NCBI GenBank assembly: GCA_963668315.1
Contig: OY764216.1
Span: forward strand, 3,168,001 to 3,232,000
Direction: 5' to 3'
Length of the DNA: 64,000 nt
Source: Spirochaetia bacterium
GTDB taxonomy: Bacteria; Spirochaetota; Spirochaetia; DSM-2461
The notes beneath the pieces were generated by a model, which was not told the DNA's origin, did no database searches, and saw only the letters and a program-made list of their open reading frames with translations. The translations under genes and the position numbers were made by a program. The stretch's first letter is position 1. The number at the start of each line of letters is the position of its first letter. Shown in pieces: positions 8,852-16,772 of the stretch.

Positions 8852-10387
8852 ATGAATAATCTGTTTGAAGAGGCCAGCCCCGAATCGCAGGGAGTCTCTT
8901 CTCTGGCTGTCAAAGGCTTGCTCGATGCCTGTGAAGAGAGGGGAATAGAACTGAACAGCCTTATGGTTATCCGCCATGGCTGCAAAATCGCCGAGGGCTG
9001 GTATAAGCCTTACGGTCCGGAAATTCCCCATGCCATGCACTCTTTCACCAAATCGGTCAGCGCCATGGCAATGGGGATTGCCGAGGAAGAAGGTTTCCTT
9101 TCACTGAATGATAGGGTTATCTCCTATTTCCCCGATAAACTGCCTCTCCATGTCAGTGAGAACCTGAAGGAGATGACTATCGAACATCTTCTTACCATGA
9201 CCTGCGGCCACGAGGGGGAAACGCAGAGCTTTATGGGAAAAGACGGTACTGATTATGCCCGATGTTTTCTGGAACAGGATGTAACCTATAAACCGGGGAC
9301 CCATTTCGCCTACAATACCCTGGGATCGGATATGCTGGGCCTTATTCTTGTTAAGGCGACAGGACTCCAGATGACCGAATTCCTGAAACCCCGACTTTTT
9401 GATCCCCTGGGCATAAGCGGCTATTCCTGCACCCGTACCCATGAGGGGTTCGAGCATACCGGCGGCGGCCTTTTCCTCCGTACGGAAGATATGGCCCGGC
9501 TGGGACAGCTCTATCTGGACAGGGGAAAATGGAACGGCCGGCAGCTGGTGCCCGAAGCCTTTGTTGACTCCGCCACCAGATCCCACATCAGGCAGGAGAG
9601 AAATGAATGGAATAAGGGAGAGGAACTTTTTGCCGGATACGGCTATCAGTTATGGCTTAACACTATTCCGAATAGTTACCGCTTCGATGGATTCTACGGT
9701 CAGCTGGCCCTTGTTCTGCCCGATCAGGATATGGTAGTCGCCCTGACATCGTCAACCATGCGTATCGATACCTTGCTTACCCTGGTATGGGACTGCCTGC
9801 TGCCGTCAATCTCCGATTGCCCCCTGCCCGCAGATGAAAAGGCCGAGAGGGCATTAAGGGAAAAACTGGGACATCTTGAAATTATCTTTACCCGGTCCCG
9901 GAAAAGATCGGCACGGGAAAAGGAGATCGGCGGTAAAAAAATTATCTTCCCCCATAACGACTATTCCATGATTCCCGAAAACCGTGTCTGGCTACTGGAG
10001 CGGGAAGGCGTCCCGAGCCGGGGGATAGAAGAGTGTTCCTTTGTATTTGACGGGGAAACGTGCCGCATGACATTTCGTGAAAACGGGAAGGAAACCGTCC
10101 TGCCTCTGGGTATGGAAGGAGTGCCGCTTGAGGGTGTGCTGAACACTCCCGGGCTTGAACGCCATATCCTGGCGCTGGGAACATGGCTGAACGATGCTGT
10201 CCTGCAGGTGGAATGGCGCCATTACATGTCGGCCAATCACCGTTATATTCAGTTTGATTTTTCCGGGGAAGAGCCCCTGGTGACCTTCAGCGAGACACCT
10301 AACGATATCGACAGGGGAACGGATTTTCTCTATCGGCCCCGTAAAACGTTCCTGTGCTCCCTGGCGGTCAAGGGACGCGTGGGATAG
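8852..10387 (+). CDS. Serine hydrolase, beta-lactamase class C / PBP-like family
   Basis: SFTK (SxxK), LLTMTCG, PGTHFAYN, GYGYQLW. Confidence 0.88.
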   Translation: MNNLFEEASPESQGVSSLAVKGLLDACEERGIELNSLMVIRHGCKIAEGWYKPYGPEIPHAMHSFTKSVSAMAMGIAEEEGFLSLNDRVISYFPDKLPLHVSENLKEMTIEHLLTMTCGHEGETQSFMGKDGTDYARCFLEQDVTYKPGTHFAYNTLGSDMLGLILVKATGLQMTEFLKPRLFDPLGISGYSCTRTHEGFEHTGGGLFLRTEDMARLGQLYLDRGKWNGRQLVPEAFVDSATRSHIRQERNEWNKGEELFAGYGYQLWLNTIPNSYRFDGFYGQLALVLPDQDMVVALTSSTMRIDTLLTLVWDCLLPSISDCPLPADEKAERALREKLGHLEIIFTRSRKRSAREKEIGGKKIIFPHNDYSMIPENRVWLLEREGVPSRGIEECSFVFDGETCRMTFRENGKETVLPLGMEGVPLEGVLNTPGLERHILALGTWLNDAVLQVEWRHYMSANHRYIQFDFSGEEPLVTFSETPNDIDRGTDFLYRPRKTFLCSLAVKGRVG

Positions 10388-10417
10388 GGAATATAAATAT
10401 GATCCAGGAGGGATTTT

Positions 10418-11242
10418 ATGAAAACATACAAGGATATAGTCTACAAAAAAACCGAGACGAGGGATCTTTGCCTTGATCTCTATCTGCCCGAGGACGCCGA
10501 CCCGCCCCTGATTCTGTGGATCCACGGAGGAGGCTGGCGGGACCTGAACAAGGAGTGGTGCCTCGTCATGCCCCAGCTCGACAAGGGGTATGCGATCTGC
10601 AGTGTGGATTACCGCTATACCGACGAGGAGGTTTTTCCCGCCCAGATGCATGATTTGAAGGACGCCCTGGCCTTCCTGAAGGAAAAAGCTTCTGAATACG
10701 GCTATGATTCGTCCCGTATCGCCGTATCGGGAGACTCCGCCGGCGGTCATCTGGCCGAGATGATGGGAGTGTCGGCAGGGAATAAAAACTGGGAAAAAGG
10801 GGAGGGCGATTACAGCGTTCAGGCGGTGGTGGATTTTTCCGGCGCCGTAAGAATTGAAAACCCCGAGCATGGGGACTGCTTTTCCCAGCTTGTCGGTGCC
10901 CCTATGGGGACGAAAACCTATGCTCAGAACGCGGCCATAGCCCGTCCGGTCCACTATATCGACGGCTCGGAACCTCCCTTCCTTATTCTTCACGGCTCGG
11001 CCGATCCGGTGGTATCCCAGGATGATCCCCGTACCCTCAGGAATGCCCTGGAACAGGCGGGCGTGCCGGTTCATATGTATCTGGTGCCCGGGGGAGACCA
11101 TGGGCTTTCGGGAAATATCGTCGATGGCGTGATCGGCGAATTTCTGGATTACTATCTCAAAGGGATAACAACCGTGATCACGCCGGAGCTGCAGCCCTGT
11201 CATGACAGGACGGTGCCCCTGACGGAGAGATATATCAGATAG
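10418..11242 (+). CDS. Alpha/beta hydrolase (HSL-like esterase)
   Basis: HGGGW oxyanion motif, GDSAGG nucleophile, HGSADPVV, GGDH. Confidence 0.9.
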   Translation: MKTYKDIVYKKTETRDLCLDLYLPEDADPPLILWIHGGGWRDLNKEWCLVMPQLDKGYAICSVDYRYTDEEVFPAQMHDLKDALAFLKEKASEYGYDSSRIAVSGDSAGGHLAEMMGVSAGNKNWEKGEGDYSVQAVVDFSGAVRIENPEHGDCFSQLVGAPMGTKTYAQNAAIARPVHYIDGSEPPFLILHGSADPVVSQDDPRTLRNALEQAGVPVHMYLVPGGDHGLSGNIVDGVIGEFLDYYLKGITTVITPELQPCHDRTVPLTERYIR

Positions 11243-11285
11243 GCGAACGGGACAAAACAGAAAGATAAGAATATAATAAACCGCC

Positions 11286-12068
11286 ATGGACAGTTCTCGC
11301 ATCAAGGAAATACGATTTTCCTTTATAGCTTTTTTCTTTTCCCTTCTCTTCTCTTTTCTCATTCGCTTTCTCTATCTCTGGGGAACCCCCCTCTGGTTTA
11401 ATACGTTCCCCCATGCCTCCGCCCATCGGTTTCTGCTGGCTTTAAGCCTCTATTTTCTCTGCTGCGCGGTTTTCTTTTTTCTTCAGCTGGTCCGGGAAAT
11501 CGGAGAAGAAAAAAAACGCTTCCGGGAAATCTTTTTCCCCTCCTTTCTTCCTGCGGTGCTCTTTGCGGTTCTCGTTCTGTCCGGAATGTCACTTCAGGGT
11601 TTGCAGAGATTTGCGGGGATGGCCGATACGGCCTTCTGGTTTATCGTGGCGGTAACCTTATTCTCCCTGCGAAGAAAAACTCCTTCCCGGCCGATGGGGA
11701 AAATCATGACCCTGTGGCTTGCCTCCGCCGGGATTCACTTCATTCTGGAAATCCTTTCCCTTCTCTTCCTTATACCCGGCCTTCCGGCGATCACCCTGCA
11801 GTTTCTGCTATTTTCTCTCTGCTCCCTCTATTCAGGGTTAAGCTCTCCCTTTCCTCTGGCGGAGAATGCCGATGAAGCGGCGCAACTCTACGGCTTGTCT
11901 CCCCGGGAGAAGGACGTCCTTTCTCTTATCATGGAGGGCAGAACAAACGAGCAGATCGGGGAGGAACTCTATATTTCTCTCTCCACGGTAAAAACCCATG
12001 TGTCGCGAATTTTCGAAAAAACAGGGGCGAGAAACAGGCTTGAGGCCGCGGCTTTATGCCGAAAATGA
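11286..12068 (+). CDS. Membrane-anchored LuxR-family transcriptional regulator
   Basis: Several N-terminal TM helices; C-terminal LSPREKDVL...TNEQIGEELYISLSTVKTHV HTH. Confidence 0.9.
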   Translation: MDSSRIKEIRFSFIAFFFSLLFSFLIRFLYLWGTPLWFNTFPHASAHRFLLALSLYFLCCAVFFFLQLVREIGEEKKRFREIFFPSFLPAVLFAVLVLSGMSLQGLQRFAGMADTAFWFIVAVTLFSLRRKTPSRPMGKIMTLWLASAGIHFILEILSLLFLIPGLPAITLQFLLFSLCSLYSGLSSPFPLAENADEAAQLYGLSPREKDVLSLIMEGRTNEQIGEELYISLSTVKTHVSRIFEKTGARNRLEAAALCRK

Positions 12069-12150
12069 CCGAATCATACTTTCGGCGGATACAGGAAAAT
12101 CAGGAAAAACCGATAGGATACACCGGATGAATGAATCCAAGGAGGTTTAC

Positions 12151-13335
12151 ATGAAAAAAATGCTGTCTGGAGTCCTGCCTTTTCTGGCCATGTTCGTACT
12201 CGTCACAGGGAGCGTTGTCCTATCCTGCGCCACCGGTTCCTTCCGTGATGACAGGCTAGTTTCCCTGAAGGCGGAAGTCACCCCGGAAGGAAAAATCCTT
12301 ACCCTGTGGGTACTGTCGGAAATACAAAGCGTAATTGTCGTGGATGGGAGCAACCGGTCAAGGAAAATCGAGCTGACTCCCGATGAATGGCGCTACGACG
12401 GCGAGGAGGGGGTACTGACACTCCGGAAGGATGTTCCCTTTGAGACGTCTTATGCCGTGGTTCAGGGGTGTCCTTCTGCGCCGCCGACCTTTATCCTGAC
12501 AAACATAGGGAATTATGACGATCTGCTGGTCATACTTGATAACCGGCTAGCCATCGAAGGATATGACTATACCGTTGACCGGGACTCGGATCGCCTGATG
12601 TTCCGCGAGGGGGTGAACCTTAACCGGGAGGAGTGGTTCATCCGTTATCCCGGGGAAGAGGGAACTGTTAGTCTGGGAGAGGGGAAGCCGGAGAACCGCG
12701 ATAAGATCGCCTACCTGGAAGCGGAGCATCAGAAGCGGTTTCTCGATTCATGGTACGACAAACAGGAGGCCTTCTGGTTTTTAGAGGAAGGCGATGGCCG
12801 GGGAAAGCCTCAGCTCGTAAGACGGGCCGCTACGGACGGGGAGCGGCGGGACATGAAATCCTTCCCCCTCTCGGTCTGGAAAGTACGGTCCGATGCGCGG
12901 TTGTCCGAACTGTCCAGGGAGATGGGGTTTTCCCTGTCCCTGCCGGAGGAAATCGCCGTAAAGGAGTCTATTCCCTTTCTGATGACGGGCAAGACCATTG
13001 AGGAAACCTTCAGCGAAGGGAAACTTGTCAGGAAACTCCATATAAGCTATGAAAATGGCGAGAACAGCGTGGACCTTGTTCTCGTCTCCCGGGGAGAGGT
13101 TGAGCCGGAAGCTCCGGAACGGGTGATAGATGATCGGATCATCGATCTGGGCCGGCCCGTTCGCCGTGTCCGTCAATGGGGTCTTGTCTCTCAGGGGATG
13201 GGGGAAAAGCCCGAAGTCGGCAGTTATACCTCCTGGACCTGGAGTCAAGGGGATGTCCGTTATTTTATCGGCTGTGAATCGGACGAGGAAGAGCTGTACC
13301 GGTCGATCATAAGCCGAATCCTGAAAAAGGGGTAG
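12151..13335 (+). CDS. Hypothetical lipoprotein
   Basis: RBS AAGGAGG; signal peptide ending VLS-C. Confidence 0.7.
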   Translation: MKKMLSGVLPFLAMFVLVTGSVVLSCATGSFRDDRLVSLKAEVTPEGKILTLWVLSEIQSVIVVDGSNRSRKIELTPDEWRYDGEEGVLTLRKDVPFETSYAVVQGCPSAPPTFILTNIGNYDDLLVILDNRLAIEGYDYTVDRDSDRLMFREGVNLNREEWFIRYPGEEGTVSLGEGKPENRDKIAYLEAEHQKRFLDSWYDKQEAFWFLEEGDGRGKPQLVRRAATDGERRDMKSFPLSVWKVRSDARLSELSREMGFSLSLPEEIAVKESIPFLMTGKTIEETFSEGKLVRKLHISYENGENSVDLVLVSRGEVEPEAPERVIDDRIIDLGRPVRRVRQWGLVSQGMGEKPEVGSYTSWTWSQGDVRYFIGCESDEEELYRSIISRILKKG

Positions 13336-13363
13336 GGCGGGGAGGTCAACTCCCGGCAGCTTA

Positions 13364-13392
13364 TTGCCAAAAAACGTTTATATCTATACAAT
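13364..13392 (+). promoter_or_regulatory. Sigma70 promoter of the gatCAB-aspS operon
   Basis: TTGCCA (13364-13369) - 17 nt - TACAAT (13387-13392). Confidence 0.65.
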
Positions 13393-13393
13393 A

Positions 13394-13452
13394 GCCGGGT
13401 ATATTATTATTGTTACCCGGCACGTCCGGGCTATTAAGGACGGTATAAAAAC
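13394..13452 (+). promoter_or_regulatory. Structured gatC leader with a 16-nt segment complementary to the gatC Asn-codon tract
   Basis: Inverted repeat GCCGGGTA / TACCCGGC. 13400-13415 is the exact reverse complement of 13653-13668. Alternative pairings CCCGG/CCGGG and CGTCC/GGACG (SD). Confidence 0.6.
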
Positions 13453-13752
13453 ATGAAAAAAGAAGAGCTGCTAACCACAGCCTCTCTGGCCCTTCTGGAG
13501 CTGGAGGACGGCGAAGTGGAACGTCTGGGCGAAGAAGTCGCCCGTATGCTGGATTACTTCGAAATGATGACCAAACTGGACGTGGACGGCCTCGAGCCCA
13601 CCACCCACGCTTTCCAAAAAGAAAATCGCCTTCGCGCGGACAACCTTAATAATAACAATAATAATATAAATAATAATTTCAATAATGATCTGATCATGGA
13701 GAACGGCAACGACGTGGAGGACGATTTCTTCGTCATTCCCAACGTTCTGTAG
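13453..13752 (+). CDS. gatC: Asp-tRNA(Asn)/Glu-tRNA(Gln) amidotransferase subunit C, with a poly-Asn tract
   Basis: 99 aa; LALLEL...LDVDGLEPT...NRLRAD...FFVIPNVL; lies upstream of gatA. Confidence 0.92.
   Translation: MKKEELLTTASLALLELEDGEVERLGEEVARMLDYFEMMTKLDVDGLEPTTHAFQKENRLRADNLNNNNNNINNNFNNDLIMENGNDVEDDFFVIPNVL
13642..13686 (+). repeat. Imperfect (AAT)n tract encoding NLNNNNNNINNNFNN
   Basis: AAC CTT AAT AAT AAC AAT AAT AAT ATA AAT AAT AAT TTC AAT AAT: 12 Asn codons in 15. Confidence 0.95.
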
Positions 13753-13799
13753 AAGGGAAGGGGGGCTCCCAGTCCCGGACGTTCCGTCCGGCCCTGCGA

Positions 13800-13892
13800 C
13801 CGGGTTTTCCGCTCGAACAGCCTTCATGCGTCCGGCCTATCCGGCTCTGTGCCCGCCGCCGGGCCGTACGCGGCTGTAACCGCTCCAACCCC
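13800..13892 (-). ncRNA. Flavo-1-like structured RNA / repeat element in the gatC-gatA spacer
   Basis: The minus strand reads GGGGTTGGAGCGG-TTACAGCC...GGCTGTTC-GAGCGGAAAACCCGG. This resembles my recollection of the Flavo-1 motif of Bacteroidota and Spirochaetota and was not checked with a covariance model. Confidence 0.45.
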
Positions 13893-13929
13893 TGCCCCGT
13901 ACGCTCAAGTTTAAAATCAAGGAAATAGA

Positions 13930-15315
13930 ATGAAAGATTTGCAAGACTGGAAGCGAGTGTTGTCCACTCCCGAATCGGTCAAGAAATACAAAGAATACGT
14001 CAGCACCTGGGAGAAGAAAATCGGCTCTCTCCTGGAGTGGAAGCTTCCCGAGAAGGGCGCCGCCGCCCAAGATTCCCCCCTGGCCGGCATTCCCTTCGCC
14101 GTGAAGGATAATATCGCCGTGGAGGGCTACAAGCTCACCTGCGGCTCCAAAATCCTGGAATTCGTAAAGGCCCCCTATACGGCGACGGGCGTGAAAAGCC
14201 TGCAGGACGCCGGCGGCTATGTCATGGGCAAAACCAATCTGGACGAGTTCGGCATGGGCTCCTCCACGGACAACTCCGCCCTCAAGCAGACGAACAACCC
14301 CTACGACACCTCCCGCGTGGCCGGCGGTTCCTCCGGCGGCTCGGCTGCGGCTGTGGCGGCGGGAATCGTTCCCTTCGCCCTGGGTACCGATACGGGCGGC
14401 TCCGTACGCCAGCCCGCCGGTTTCTGCGGCATCTACGGTCTCAAACCCACCTACGGTGTCGTTTCCCGCTACGGCCTCACCGCCTACGCCTCCTCCCTGG
14501 AAGTGTGCGGCGTCTGCGCCCGTACCGTGGATACGACAAGAGAAGTATTCCATGCCATGAGAGGCAAGGACGAGATGGACCAGACCACCATCGACTACGA
14601 GCCCGTTTCGGCGGAAGCCAAAACCGTGGGCGTCCTGAAAATCGCCGAAGGCAGCCTCTCCGATGATGTGGCCGCCTCCTACGAAACAAGCAAGAAACGG
14701 CTGGAGAAGCTGGGATACATCCTCAAGGAGATCGAAATCCCCGCCATGGAGTACGTGGTTCCCGCCTACTATACCATCGCCACCGCCGAAGCGAGCGCCA
14801 ACCTGGCCCGTTTCAACGGCATGCGCTACGGCCTCTCTCCCATATTCGCCGAATCCCCCGACGACCTGATGCGTTACAGCCGGAACCTGGGATTCGGGGA
14901 AGAAGTAAAGACCCGTATCCTTCTGGGGACCTTTGTCCTCCGTTCCGGCTTCCAGGACCAGTACTACGTGCGGGCCCAGAAAATCCGTACCCTGATCCGC
15001 CAGGAAGTGGATGGGATCTTTGACGAGTGCGACGTGATCATGCTGCCCCTTTTTCCTTCGGCGGCTTTCCATCACGGCCAGTCGGACCTGACCTCCTTCC
15101 AGCAGAAACAGGCCGACCTCTATACCTGTCTGGCCAACCTGACCGGAGCTCCCGGCCTGGCCGTTCCCTCCTCCGTTGAGAAGGGCCTTCCCGTGGGCAT
15201 CCAGCTGATGGCACCTCCCTGCGGAGAGGACCGGCTTTTTAACGTGGCGGAGAACCTGGAAAAGGAGTTCCCCGCACCCAGACCGGCCGGATACAGCGAA
15301 GAGTGGAGGGCGTAA
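13930..15315 (+). CDS. gatA: Amidotransferase subunit A
   Basis: Amidase signature: VKDNI, GKTNLDEFGMGSST, GGSSGGSAAAVA, GTDTGGSVRQPA. Confidence 0.97.
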   Translation: MKDLQDWKRVLSTPESVKKYKEYVSTWEKKIGSLLEWKLPEKGAAAQDSPLAGIPFAVKDNIAVEGYKLTCGSKILEFVKAPYTATGVKSLQDAGGYVMGKTNLDEFGMGSSTDNSALKQTNNPYDTSRVAGGSSGGSAAAVAAGIVPFALGTDTGGSVRQPAGFCGIYGLKPTYGVVSRYGLTAYASSLEVCGVCARTVDTTREVFHAMRGKDEMDQTTIDYEPVSAEAKTVGVLKIAEGSLSDDVAASYETSKKRLEKLGYILKEIEIPAMEYVVPAYYTIATAEASANLARFNGMRYGLSPIFAESPDDLMRYSRNLGFGEEVKTRILLGTFVLRSGFQDQYYVRAQKIRTLIRQEVDGIFDECDVIMLPLFPSAAFHHGQSDLTSFQQKQADLYTCLANLTGAPGLAVPSSVEKGLPVGIQLMAPPCGEDRLFNVAENLEKEFPAPRPAGYSEEWRA

Positions 15316-15318
15316 AAA

Positions 15319-16758
15319 ATGGCTGATACAATGATCAAAGATAAGTATGAAACTTTCGTGGGACTGGAGATCCATATCCACCTGCTCACGGAAACCAAAA
15401 TGTTCTGCGGCTGCAAGGCCAACTACGGTGACGAGCCCAATACCAATGTCTGCCCCGTCTGCCTCGGCTACCCCGGAGTTCTTCCCACGGTGAATGAAAA
15501 AGCCATGGAGATGGGATACGTGGTGGCCCGGGCTCTGAACTGCCGCCTGAGCCGGAAGACCTACTTCGAAAGAAAGAACTACTTCTATCCCGATATGCCC
15601 AAGAACTACCAGATCTCCCAGTTCCAGGAGCCCGTGGGAGTGGACGGCTACATCGAATTCGAGTTCGAAGGGGAAGTCAGGAAAATCCGTATCCACGACG
15701 TCCATCTGGAAGAGGACGCGGGCAAGATGATCCACGCCGGCGATATGTCTCTCCAGGACTTCAACCGCGCCGGTTACCCCCTTCTGGAGATCGTTACCGA
15801 GCCGGATCTGAAGAGCGGCGAGGAGACCGAAGCCTTCCTGCGCGCCTTCCGACGGACCGTCCGCTACCTGGGCGTCTGCGACGGCAATATGGACGAGGGT
15901 TCCATGAAGTGCGACGCCAACATCTCCATCAATCTTCCCGGCGCGGGACTGGGAACCAAGGTGGAGCTCAAGAACATGAATTCCCCCCGTTTCGTCCGCC
16001 GGGGACTCCAGTACGAGGCCCAGAGACAGGCGGAAGTCCTGGACAACGGGGGCACCCTGATTCAGGAAACCCGCCTCTGGAACGAAAACCACGACATTAC
16101 CGAGACCATGAGAACCAAGGAAATGGCCAACGACTACCGCTATTTTCCCGAGCCCGATATGCCTCCCTTCTGTCCGGACGATGCTTTTATCGCCCGGGTG
16201 GAAAAATCCCAGGTGGAACTGCCCCTGGCCCGTAAGCACGACCTGATGCGCAAGTACGCCATCAGTTCAGATCAGGCCGAGTTCATCCACGACGAGAAGG
16301 TCAATGCCGACTATTTCGAGAAGACCGTGGCCCTGGGGGCCGATCCCCAGGCTATCTACACCTGGCTCTCTTCGGATGTGCAGAAGGAGCTGAACCTTCT
16401 GAATATGACCCTGACCGAATCGCCCCTGACTCCGGAGAGATTCGCCGCCCTTCTCAAGCTCCTCGATGAGGAGACCATCAGCGGAAAGATCGCCAAGCAG
16501 GTGCTTATCGATATCTTCGAAGAGGATGAAGATCCCGCCGCCATCGTAGAGAAGAAGGGGCTGAGCCAGATCAGTGATCCCGCTGTTATTTCAGCGGCCG
16601 TGGATAAGGTCATCGGCAGTAATCCCGAGGTGGTGGCCGCCATCGGGGAAGGCGATCAGAGACAGAAAGGTTTTCTGGTCGGACAGATCATGAAGGAGAC
16701 CGGAGGACGGGCCGCTCCCGCTCTGGTCCAGAAAATTCTTGCCGAGAAACTGGGCTGA
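15319..16758 (+). CDS. gatB: Amidotransferase subunit B
   Basis: GLEIH, RKNYFYPDMPKNYQISQ, HLEEDAGK, YRYFPEPD, C-terminal YqeY-like domain. Confidence 0.97.
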   Translation: MADTMIKDKYETFVGLEIHIHLLTETKMFCGCKANYGDEPNTNVCPVCLGYPGVLPTVNEKAMEMGYVVARALNCRLSRKTYFERKNYFYPDMPKNYQISQFQEPVGVDGYIEFEFEGEVRKIRIHDVHLEEDAGKMIHAGDMSLQDFNRAGYPLLEIVTEPDLKSGEETEAFLRAFRRTVRYLGVCDGNMDEGSMKCDANISINLPGAGLGTKVELKNMNSPRFVRRGLQYEAQRQAEVLDNGGTLIQETRLWNENHDITETMRTKEMANDYRYFPEPDMPPFCPDDAFIARVEKSQVELPLARKHDLMRKYAISSDQAEFIHDEKVNADYFEKTVALGADPQAIYTWLSSDVQKELNLLNMTLTESPLTPERFAALLKLLDEETISGKIAKQVLIDIFEEDEDPAAIVEKKGLSQISDPAVISAAVDKVIGSNPEVVAAIGEGDQRQKGFLVGQIMKETGGRAAPALVQKILAEKLG

Positions 16759-16772
16759 CCTAGGAGAGAAGA

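Noticed and set aside
13394..13452. T-box riboswitch upstream of gatCAB-aspS
   Set aside because: The leader is only about 55-60 nt and lacks the T-box consensus and a terminator.
13837..16239. 800-aa antisense ORF across gatA and gatB
   Set aside because: gatA and gatB share a frame, so the stop-poor antisense frame runs through both. No protein motifs.
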